A DNA stretch of 64,000 nt, from the NCBI GenBank assembly GCA_963725865.1, contig CAVSAC010000012.1:480001-544000 (forward strand). The letters run 5' to 3'. Numbering within the stretch: position 1 is the first letter of the stretch; every line of letters begins with the position of its first letter. Shown here piece after piece: positions 10,154-17,913 of this stretch. The notes under the pieces are model-generated. The model did no database searches and had not been told where the DNA came from. It saw nothing but the letters and a program-made list of their open reading frames with translations. The stretch comes from Candidatus Eiseniibacteriota bacterium (GTDB taxonomy: Bacteria; Eisenbacteria; RBG-16-71-46). A program made the translations under genes and the position numbers.

Positions 10154-10300
10154 TCAGCAGCAGGCCCGGGTCGGGGCGCAATCGCAGTCCGGACCGCACG
10201 GGCAGGGCGTGCGCTCGCCCGCGGAGGCATCGGCGGGTCGGCAGCGGCATTCGGCGCAGGCGCAACCCTTGCCAGAGGTGCAACGGGTCGATTCGTTCAT
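10154..10300 (-). CDS. Metallothionein-like peptide, 48 aa, 11 Cys
   Basis: Manual translation MNESTRCTSGKGCACAECRCRPADASAGERTPCPCGPDCDCAPTRACC*; GAGGA RBS 7 nt upstream; no aromatic residues or His; below the ORF-track size cut-off. Confidence 0.8.
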   Translation of the reverse strand: MNESTRCTSGKGCACAECRCRPADASAGERTPCPCGPDCDCAPTRACC

Positions 10301-10375
10301 GGGGAGGTCCTCGGGTCCGGGCGCCCGCGGCCGGGTCGGTGTCTCCGCCGGCCGCGCGGCGCGTCCACCCCTGCC

Positions 10376-10401
10376 GACGCAGCCGCGGGGCCGGCCTTAC
10401 A
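10376..10401 (-). promoter_or_regulatory. Candidate ECF-sigma promoter TGTAA-N17-CGTC
   Basis: Minus strand reads TGTAA ggccggccccgcggctg CGTC, about 75 nt upstream of the metallothionein-like ATG. Confidence 0.55.
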
Positions 10402-10487
10402 CCGAGTCCTTGTCCGGGCGCCGCCCCGCCATTAGAGTCTCGCGCCACGTCTTCGTGCCCCCACCCTGAGGCGGACTCCCCGAACCC

Positions 10488-11675
10488 ATGTCGCCGACCT
10501 TCCCCGAGTGGCTCAACCTGGTCCTGCGCTGGGCGCACGTCGTCGCGGCGATCATGTGGATCGGCGATTCGTTCCTGTTTATGTGGCTGGACTCGAGCCT
10601 CGAGAAGCCGGCGCGCCCGCGCGAAGGCGAGGTGGTGGGCGAGCTGTGGATGACCCACTCGGGTGGCTTCTACGAGGTGGTCAAGCACCGGGCACTCGCC
10701 CACTTGCCGCCCCGGCTCCACTGGTTCGAATGGCAGAGCTACACCACCTGGATCACCGGCGTGCTGCTGCTGCTGGTGGTGTTCGGGCTCGGTGGCCGGG
10801 TGATGCTGCTGGATCCGGCCTCGCCGCTTTCGCACGGCGAGGGGATGCTGATCGTGCTCGGCGTGCTGGGGGCGGGCGTGCTCGGCTACGACCTGCTGTG
10901 CCGCATCCCGCTGCTGCGCGACGGGCGCGTGATGGGGGTGGTGGGGCTGGCGCTCATCACCGCTCTGACGTGGGCGCTGACGCGGGTGTTCCTGCCGCGC
11001 GCTGCGTTCCTGCTGATCGGCGCCATGCTCGGCAGCATCATGACGGCGAACGTGTTCTTCGGGATCATCCCGGCGCAGCGCCACATGGTCGAGGCCACGC
11101 GCGCGGGGCGGCCGGTCGACACCTCGTACGGCGCGCGCGCCAAGCAGCGCTCGATCCACAACCACTACCTGACGCTGCCGGTGCTGTTCACGATGCTCTC
11201 AAACCACTTCCCCGGGCTCTACGGGCATTCGTACGCATGGGCGGTGCTGGGTCTGCTGTTCGTGCTGGGCGCGGGCGCCAAGCACGTGATGAACCGCGGC
11301 GCGCGCACCCACGCGCTGGTGTACGCCGGCACGCTCGCGAGCCTGGTGGGGGTGGCGCTGCTCACCGCTCCGCCGGGCGACCCGCCCGAGCTGCACGCGC
11401 TCGACGGGCACCCGCCGGTCGACCAGGCGACCGCGAGCGCGATCGTGCAGATGCGCTGCGTGCCGTGCCACGCGACTCATCCCAGCAACGGCGCGTTCGC
11501 GGCGCCGCCGGCGGGCGTGGCGCTCGAGCGCGAGGACCTGATGGAGGCGTACGCCGAGCGCATCCTGGTGCGGGCGTACCTCACCCACACGATGCCGCTC
11601 GGCAACCTGACCGGCATCACCGAAGCGGAGCGCGTCACGCTCGGCGCGTGGGCGCTGCAGCAGCGCCAGCGATGA
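10488..11675 (+). CDS. puuD: Membrane cytochrome c urate hydroxylase/oxidase
   Basis: RWAHVVAAIMWIGDSF, ELWMTHSGGFY, RSIHNHYLTLPVLFTMLSNHF; C-terminal cytochrome c domain with CVPCH and MPLGNLTGITEAER. Confidence 0.92.
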   Translation: MSPTFPEWLNLVLRWAHVVAAIMWIGDSFLFMWLDSSLEKPARPREGEVVGELWMTHSGGFYEVVKHRALAHLPPRLHWFEWQSYTTWITGVLLLLVVFGLGGRVMLLDPASPLSHGEGMLIVLGVLGAGVLGYDLLCRIPLLRDGRVMGVVGLALITALTWALTRVFLPRAAFLLIGAMLGSIMTANVFFGIIPAQRHMVEATRAGRPVDTSYGARAKQRSIHNHYLTLPVLFTMLSNHFPGLYGHSYAWAVLGLLFVLGAGAKHVMNRGARTHALVYAGTLASLVGVALLTAPPGDPPELHALDGHPPVDQATASAIVQMRCVPCHATHPSNGAFAAPPAGVALEREDLMEAYAERILVRAYLTHTMPLGNLTGITEAERVTLGAWALQQRQR

Positions 11676-11688
11676 GCGCGCCGCGGCG

Positions 11689-13053
11689 ATGAGCACGCTG
11701 GTGATGCGCGGCCGGCGGGTGGCGCTGCCCGAGGGCATCCGGGCGGCCGCGCTGCACGTCGAGGACGGGCGCATCGCGCGCATCACCGACTACGACGTCG
11801 CGGGCGACGCCGACTCCGTGGTCGACGCCGGCGATCGACTGCTGATCCCCGGCGTGGTCGACACGCACGTCCACATGAACGAGCCCGGACGCACCGAGTG
11901 GGAGGGCATCGCCACGGCGACCGCGGCGGCGGCGGCGGGCGGCGTCACCACCGTGGTGGACATGCCGCTCAACTGCGTGCCGGTCACCACCACGCGCGCC
12001 GCACTCGCCGCCAAGCGCGAGGCGCTCGAGGCCCGCGCGCACGTCGACGTGGCGTGCTGGGGCGGCTTGGTGCCGGGCAACACGGGCGAGCTGCGCGGGC
12101 TGGCCGCGGACGGCGTGGTGGGCTTCAAGTGCTTCCTGTGCCCCTCGGGCGTGGACGAGTTCCCACCGGTCACCCGCGCGGACCTCGACGCGGCGCTGCC
12201 GGTGCTGCGCGAGCTGCGGCTGCCGCTGCTCGTGCACGCCGAGCTGCCAGGTCCGCTCGCCCGGGCGGCGCTGGCGATGGCGAGCGAGCCGGGCGATCCG
12301 CGCGCGCACGCGACGTGGCTGCGCGCGCGTCCGACGGAGGCCGAGGAGGAGGCGGTCACGCTGGTGATCGACCGCTGCCGCGAGCACCGCGCGTGGGCGC
12401 ACATCGTGCACGTCTCGAGCGCCACGGTGCTGCGGCGGCTCGCCCAGGCGCGGGCCGAGCTCCTGTCGATCACCGCCGAGACCTGCCCGCACTACCTGAC
12501 GTTCGACGCCGATGCAATCCCCGACGGCGCCACGCACTTCAAGTGCGCCCCGCCGCTGCGCGACGCGGCGAATCGCGAGCGGCTGTGGGACGGCCTGCTC
12601 GATGGCACGCTCAACCTGGTGGCGTCGGACCACTCACCGTGCCCGCCGGCGCTCAAGCGGCTCGACGCGGGCGACTTCTTCGACGCGTGGGGCGGGATCG
12701 CGAGCCTGCAGCTCGGACTGTCCGCGCTGTGGACCGGCGCGCGCGAGCGCGGCATCGACCTCCACCGGATGCTACTCTGGTGCACGGAGGCGCCCGCGCG
12801 GCTGGCCGGGCTGGGTGGGCGCAAGGGCGGCCTGCGGGTGGGGGCCGACGCCGACGTGGTGATCTGGGACGAGGAGGCGACCGAGGTGGTGAGTGCGGCG
12901 ACCCTGAGGCATCGTCACCCGCTCACGCCCTACCTCGGCCGCACGCTGCGCGGCGTGGTCGAGTCCACCTGGGTGCGCGGCCGGCCGGTATACCGCCGCG
13001 CCACCGGAGTCAGCAGCCCGCCGATCGGGTCGTTCATCCACGGGCGCGCCTGA
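11689..13053 (+). CDS. allB: Allantoinase
   Basis: DTHVHMNEPGRTEWEG, DMPLN, GFKCFL, HAE, HIVH, ETCPHYL, KCAPPLR, SDHSPC, WGGIASLQ. Confidence 0.95.
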   Translation: MSTLVMRGRRVALPEGIRAAALHVEDGRIARITDYDVAGDADSVVDAGDRLLIPGVVDTHVHMNEPGRTEWEGIATATAAAAAGGVTTVVDMPLNCVPVTTTRAALAAKREALEARAHVDVACWGGLVPGNTGELRGLAADGVVGFKCFLCPSGVDEFPPVTRADLDAALPVLRELRLPLLVHAELPGPLARAALAMASEPGDPRAHATWLRARPTEAEEEAVTLVIDRCREHRAWAHIVHVSSATVLRRLAQARAELLSITAETCPHYLTFDADAIPDGATHFKCAPPLRDAANRERLWDGLLDGTLNLVASDHSPCPPALKRLDAGDFFDAWGGIASLQLGLSALWTGARERGIDLHRMLLWCTEAPARLAGLGGRKGGLRVGADADVVIWDEEATEVVSAATLRHRHPLTPYLGRTLRGVVESTWVRGRPVYRRATGVSSPPIGSFIHGRA

Positions 13054-13087
13054 CGCGCCCGCAGCCAGCCCACACGCGAGGAGAGCC

Positions 13088-14683
13088 GTGTCCCATTCCG
13101 CGCCCATGCCCGAGGTCTTCGCCGCGCTGACCGACCTGTCGGCGGACGCGACCGGCACCTTCGTGCTGTACGCCACCGACGACTATTTCGCGGCCAAGGA
13201 GAACCTGATCCGACCCGACGCGCCGGTCTGGAAGGAGGGCGAGTACACCGACCGCGGCAAGTGGATGGACGGCTGGGAATCGCAGCGCCGCCGCGCTCCG
13301 GGCCACGACTTCGCGATCGTGCGGCTCGGAACGCCGGGGACCATCAGCGGGCTCCTGTGCGACACCACGCACTTCAAGGGCAACGCCCCGCAGGAGGTCG
13401 CGCTCGAGGTGCTCGACCTGCCGCACACCGCGACCGCCGACGAGCTGCTGGCGCTGCCGGCGGCGCGCGACGCGGCCGAACAGCGCGCGCTCGGCGGCCG
13501 CGCGTGGCTCGAGGTGCTGCCGCGCACTGTCGTGCGGCCCGACACCGCGAACGTGCTCGCGCTGCCGCAGCCGAGCGGCCGCGCGAGCCACGTGCGGCTC
13601 CACATCCATCCCGACGGCGGGGTGGCGCGCCTGCGCGTGTATGGCACCGTGCGGCCGGCGCCGCGGGTGTTCTGGGGCGCGGGTGCCGTCGACCTGGCGG
13701 CGATCGAGCACGGGGGCACCATCGCGGCGGCGAGCGACTCGTTCTTCGGACCGCCTTCCAACCTGCTGCTGCCGGGCCGCGGCACCCACATGGGCGACGG
13801 CTGGGAGACCCGCCGCCGCCGCACGCCGGGCACCGACTGGTGCGTGATCCAGCTCGGCCGCCGCGGCGTGGTGGAGCGGATCGAACTCGACACCCATTTC
13901 TTCAAGGGCAACGCGCCGCAGGCGGCGATCGTCGAGTGCCTCGACGCCGAGGCGCTCGCCCCGCGCGAGGTGGCCGAGCGGCTCGCGGGCGGCGCCGGCT
14001 GGGACACGCTGATCGAGCGCACGCCGCTGGTGCCGCACCGGCTCCACGTGCTGGAGCCGGCGCTGCCGCGCGCGGTCACCCACCTGCGCGTGCACATCGA
14101 CCCGCACGGCGGCGTCAACCGGCTGCGGGCGTTCGGGCACGCGAGCGACACCGCGATGGAGCGGCGCGCGCTGGCGGCGCTGCACGGGCTGCCCGAGGTG
14201 GAGCTGCTGGCGCTGCTGCGCTCGTTCTGCGGCGCCCCGGCGTTCGCGGAGCAGGTGAGCGAGGCGCGGCCGTTCGGCTCGGCGCGCGCGTGGTTCGCGG
14301 CCGCGAGTGCGGCGTTCGCGGCGTTCCACCCCGACGACTGGCTGGCGGCGTTCGCGGCGCACCCGCGCCTCGGCGACGCGGCGCCGGCGCCCGGGCAGAC
14401 CGCGCGCTCCGCCGAGTGGTCGCGCGGCGAGCAGGCCGGCGTGGCGGGCGGCGACGCCGCGGTGCAGGGGCGCCTGCGGTCCGCGAACGAGGAGTACGCA
14501 CGGCGGTTCGGCTTCATCTTCATCCTGTGCGCGAGCGAGGTCGGAGCGGGGCAGGTGCTGGCGGCGCTCGAGGAACGCCTCGGCCACGACCGCGACGCCG
14601 AGCTCGCGATCGCGGCGCGCGAGCAGGCGCGCATCACGCGCCTGCGCATGGAATCGTGGCTGCTGGCGGCGGCCGCCGGCTGA
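13088..14683 (+). CDS. alc: Allantoicase fused to a C-terminal OHCU decarboxylase (UraD) domain
   Basis: Two allantoicase repeats (GKWMDGWESQRRR / MGDGWETRRRR, DTTHFKGN / DTHFFKGN, PDGGVARLR) followed in frame by AFAAHPRLG...SRGEQ...NEEYARRFGFIFILCA...EQARITRLR. Start may be 13106. Confidence 0.9.
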   Translation: MSHSAPMPEVFAALTDLSADATGTFVLYATDDYFAAKENLIRPDAPVWKEGEYTDRGKWMDGWESQRRRAPGHDFAIVRLGTPGTISGLLCDTTHFKGNAPQEVALEVLDLPHTATADELLALPAARDAAEQRALGGRAWLEVLPRTVVRPDTANVLALPQPSGRASHVRLHIHPDGGVARLRVYGTVRPAPRVFWGAGAVDLAAIEHGGTIAAASDSFFGPPSNLLLPGRGTHMGDGWETRRRRTPGTDWCVIQLGRRGVVERIELDTHFFKGNAPQAAIVECLDAEALAPREVAERLAGGAGWDTLIERTPLVPHRLHVLEPALPRAVTHLRVHIDPHGGVNRLRAFGHASDTAMERRALAALHGLPEVELLALLRSFCGAPAFAEQVSEARPFGSARAWFAAASAAFAAFHPDDWLAAFAAHPRLGDAAPAPGQTARSAEWSRGEQAGVAGGDAAVQGRLRSANEEYARRFGFIFILCASEVGAGQVLAALEERLGHDRDAELAIAAREQARITRLRMESWLLAAAAG

Positions 14684-14697
14684 GCGAGGAGGACACC

Positions 14698-15036
14698 GTG
14701 TCGATCAGCACCCACATCCTGGACACCACCCGCGGGCGGCCGGCGAGCGGCGTCGCGGTCACGCTCGAGCGGCTCGACGGCGCGGGCGCCGTGCGGCTCG
14801 GCGGCGGCGCGACCGACGCCGACGGTCGCGTGCGCGCGCTGGTGCCGGAGGGCACGGCGCTCGCCGCCGGCACCTATCGGCTGCGCTTCGAGGTCGGCGA
14901 GTACTTCGCGCGGCTCGGCGTGGAGGCGTTCTATCCGCGGGTCGAGATCACGTTCGCGGTGGCCTCGCCGGGCGGGCACCACCACGTGCCGCTGCTGCTG
15001 AGCCCGTTCGGCTACTGCACGTACCGGGGCTCGTGA
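14698..15036 (+). CDS. uraH: 5-hydroxyisourate hydrolase (transthyretin-like)
   Basis: GTG after GAGGAGG; ISTHILDTTRGRPA, TDADGR, HVPLLLSPFGYCTYRGS. Confidence 0.95.
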   Translation: MSISTHILDTTRGRPASGVAVTLERLDGAGAVRLGGGATDADGRVRALVPEGTALAAGTYRLRFEVGEYFARLGVEAFYPRVEITFAVASPGGHHHVPLLLSPFGYCTYRGS

Positions 15037-15566
15037 TGGCGGCCGGCGCGCCGCACGCGGCCGAGGTGTTCGCCGAGCCGCTGACGCCCGCCGCGTTCGC
15101 GCCGTTCGGCGACGTGATCGCGGCCGGCCGCGGCGCCGGACGCGACACCAACCTCGGCACCGCGGTGCGCTTCGACTGGACCACGGTGCTCGAGAACACG
15201 CGCCCGCAGGCGCAGGCGAACCTCGCGGTGTTCCGCTCCACGGCGCAGGCGCTGCCGTTCAGGCTGACGCTGCTCGAGCGCCATCCGTGCTCGAGCCAGG
15301 TGTTCCTCCCGATGGTGTGCACGCGCTTCCTGATCTGCGTGGCGCCCGACCGCCCGGACGGCGGGCCCGATCCGCGCGGCCTGCGCGCGTTCGTGTGCGG
15401 GCCCGGGGAGGGGATCGCGTTCCGCCGCGGGGTGTGGCACCACCCGATCCTGGCGCTCGACGGCCCCGCCGAATTCGGGATGCTGGCCTGGGAGGACGGC
15501 TCGCCGCGCGACTGCGAGGAGCGGCCGCTCGCCCCGCCGGTGGTGGTGCGGGAGCCGCGCGCCTGA
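15036..15566 (+). CDS. allA: Ureidoglycolate lyase
   Basis: EPLTPAAFAPFGDVI, LERHPCSSQVFLP, GVWHHP; TGATG overlap with uraH. Confidence 0.9.
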   Translation: MAAGAPHAAEVFAEPLTPAAFAPFGDVIAAGRGAGRDTNLGTAVRFDWTTVLENTRPQAQANLAVFRSTAQALPFRLTLLERHPCSSQVFLPMVCTRFLICVAPDRPDGGPDPRGLRAFVCGPGEGIAFRRGVWHHPILALDGPAEFGMLAWEDGSPRDCEERPLAPPVVVREPRA

Positions 15567-15597
15567 GGCGTAGTCGCGCGCCCGGGACGCGGCGGCG

Positions 15598-16503
15598 TCA
15601 GCGCAGGTACGCGAGCAGCGGCGTGAGCGTGAACGGGCTCAGCAGCGTGGTGAGCAGCACCACGGACGCCACGAACGAGGGCTCGACGTCGTACTCCGAG
15701 GCGAGGATGGTGCCGATCACGGCCGACGGCATCGCGGACTGCAGCACGCCGGCCTGGCGCGCCATGCCGCTCAGACCGAACAGCGGCGCCAGCAGCAGGC
15801 CCGCGCCGGCTCCGCCCGCCAGCCGCAGTCCGGCCGCCATCAGCATCGGGCGCACGGGCCCCTGCAGGCGCGCGCCGCGCAGCTGCATGCCGAGCACCAC
15901 GAGGAACACCGGCACGCATGCCTGCGCCAGCAGGTGCACGCCGCTCGCGAGCGGCCCCGGCAGCGCGAGCCCCGCGCGCATCATCCCGAACGCGAGCACC
16001 ACTGCCCACACGGTCGGGATGCGCAACAGTCCGAGCAGGGAATCGCGCAGACCGGCGCGTCCCATCGAGGCCACGAACACCCCGGCGGTGTAGCTGATGA
16101 TCGCCGAGGTGAGGAAGAACAGACTCGCCTGCGCCAGCCCCGCCTCGCCGAACGCGAGCAGGTTGACCGACATGCCGTAGTTGCCGGCGTTGGTCAGCAG
16201 CACCGTGAGGATCACGGCGCTCGCGAGCGGCCGCGGCCAGCGACGCCAGCGCGCGATCGCGAACGCGACCGCGGCCGGCAGCACCAGGCACGAGGCGGCG
16301 AAGCCCATCATGCGCAGCAGGGCGGCGACCGGCACGTGGCTCTGGAGGATGACCTCGAAGATCAGGCAGGGCGCGAGCAGGTAGAGCGCGACCTGGGCGA
16401 GCCCGCGCGGATCGGGCCGCAGCGTGACCGCCAGCGCGTAGCCGGCCCCGGCGGTCAGAAACACCGGCAGCAGGTTGTCCGCGAACAGGCGCAGTAGGTC
16501 CAT
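15598..16503 (-). CDS. AEC (auxin efflux carrier) family transporter
   Basis: About 10 TM; NAGNYGM and QSAMPSAV motifs. Confidence 0.85.
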   Translation of the reverse strand: MDLLRLFADNLLPVFLTAGAGYALAVTLRPDPRGLAQVALYLLAPCLIFEVILQSHVPVAALLRMMGFAASCLVLPAAVAFAIARWRRWPRPLASAVILTVLLTNAGNYGMSVNLLAFGEAGLAQASLFFLTSAIISYTAGVFVASMGRAGLRDSLLGLLRIPTVWAVVLAFGMMRAGLALPGPLASGVHLLAQACVPVFLVVLGMQLRGARLQGPVRPMLMAAGLRLAGGAGAGLLLAPLFGLSGMARQAGVLQSAMPSAVIGTILASEYDVEPSFVASVVLLTTLLSPFTLTPLLAYLR

Positions 16504-16725
16504 CGAGTTGCGCCTCCAGAGGGGTGAAGCCGGCCAGCGGGCCCGAGCGGAAACCGCACGATTCCGGTTCCGGGCCGTGGAGTCAATCCGGGCCCGGATC
16601 CGTGCCCACACCAGCGCGGCAGATGCCCTGCCCAGCGCGGGGAAACTCGACACCGGCTTGACCGTCGATTCCTCATGAGGACTATGCTTCAGACAGGATC
16701 TCTATCCGCCTCCCAGAGGAAGCCC

Positions 16726-17913
16726 ATGCGCCTGACCAGCCCGATCCCGGGGGCGGAACGCCCTCGTGAAGCACTTCTCACAGCCGACGCCTGCCGCACT
16801 GCCGTTCGCCCGTTCCTGATCGCGCTCGGCCTCGCGGGCATGGCCGGCCTGCTGCTCGGCGGCTGCGGCGCCCGCAAGGCGCCCCGCAATCCCCGCGTCG
16901 CCGTCACCGTCGCCACGGTCGAGCGCCGCGACATGCCGCTCGCGTTGCTCGCCACCGGCGCGGTGGAGCCGGTCGAGACCGCCGACGTGGGCTCGCAGGT
17001 GGGCGGTGTGGTGACGCGCCTGGCGATCCGCGAAGGGCAGGAGGTCGCCGCCGGCCAGGTGATGATCGAGCTCGATGCGCGCCCGTTCCGCGCCGCCTAC
17101 GAGCAGGCGCGCGCCGTGCTGGCGCGCGACCTGGCGCAGTACTCGAGTGCGCGCGGCGACGCCGAGCGCGCCGACCGCATGGTGGAGCAGAACCTGATCT
17201 CGCCTTCCGAACACGACAAGACGGTGTCCACCGCCGAGGCGCTCCACGCCGCGGTGCGCGCCGACTCGGCGACGGTCGCGAACGCGCGTCTCAACCTCGA
17301 GTACGCCAGCATCCGCGCGCCGATCAGCGGCCGCGCCGGCGCGCTGCACGTCAACGTGGGCGATCTGGTCAAGGCCGCCACCTCCGAGCCGCTGGTGACC
17401 ATCAACCGCATGCGTCCGATCCGCGTGCGCTTCACGGTCTCGGAATCCGAGCTGCCGCTGGTGCAGCGCTACCGGAGCGCGGACCCGCGCGTGTGGGTGC
17501 GCGCCGCGGCCGGCGACTCGGTCGAGATCGAGGGCCGGCTCGTGTTCGTGGACAACACGGTCGATCCCGCGACCGGCACGCTGCTGCTCAAGGGTGAGTT
17601 CGCCAACCGCGACGGCAGGCTGTGGCCGGGCGAGTTCGTCGAGGTGCGGATGGTGCTCACGACCCAGAAGGGCGCGCTGGTGGTGCCCGCGCCCGCGGTG
17701 AGCAACGGCCAGCAGGGCACCTACGTCGTGGTGCTCAACCGCGACTCGACCACCACCTCGCGGCCGGTGCAGGTGACGAGCTCCGACGACGTGACCGCGG
17801 TGATCGCCGCGGGCCTCGAGCCGGGAGAGACCGTGATCACCGACGGGCAGTTCCGCATCAGCCCCGGCGCCAAGGTGATGGTGCGCGCGGGCGCGGGAGG
17901 CGCGCGCCCGTGA
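16726..17913 (+). CDS. RND efflux periplasmic adaptor (MdtA-like)
   Basis: Possible lipobox LGGC; SQVGG, IRAPISGRAG, VDPATGTL, LWPGEFV. Start uncertain (16675 or 16726). Confidence 0.88.
   Translation: MRLTSPIPGAERPREALLTADACRTAVRPFLIALGLAGMAGLLLGGCGARKAPRNPRVAVTVATVERRDMPLALLATGAVEPVETADVGSQVGGVVTRLAIREGQEVAAGQVMIELDARPFRAAYEQARAVLARDLAQYSSARGDAERADRMVEQNLISPSEHDKTVSTAEALHAAVRADSATVANARLNLEYASIRAPISGRAGALHVNVGDLVKAATSEPLVTINRMRPIRVRFTVSESELPLVQRYRSADPRVWVRAAAGDSVEIEGRLVFVDNTVDPATGTLLLKGEFANRDGRLWPGEFVEVRMVLTTQKGALVVPAPAVSNGQQGTYVVVLNRDSTTTSRPVQVTSSDDVTAVIAAGLEPGETVITDGQFRISPGAKVMVRAGAGGARP

Noticed and set aside
10146..11165. 339-aa minus-strand ORF covering the metallothionein region
   Set aside because: Shadow of puuD in a different frame from the Cys-rich peptide; no recognisable motifs.
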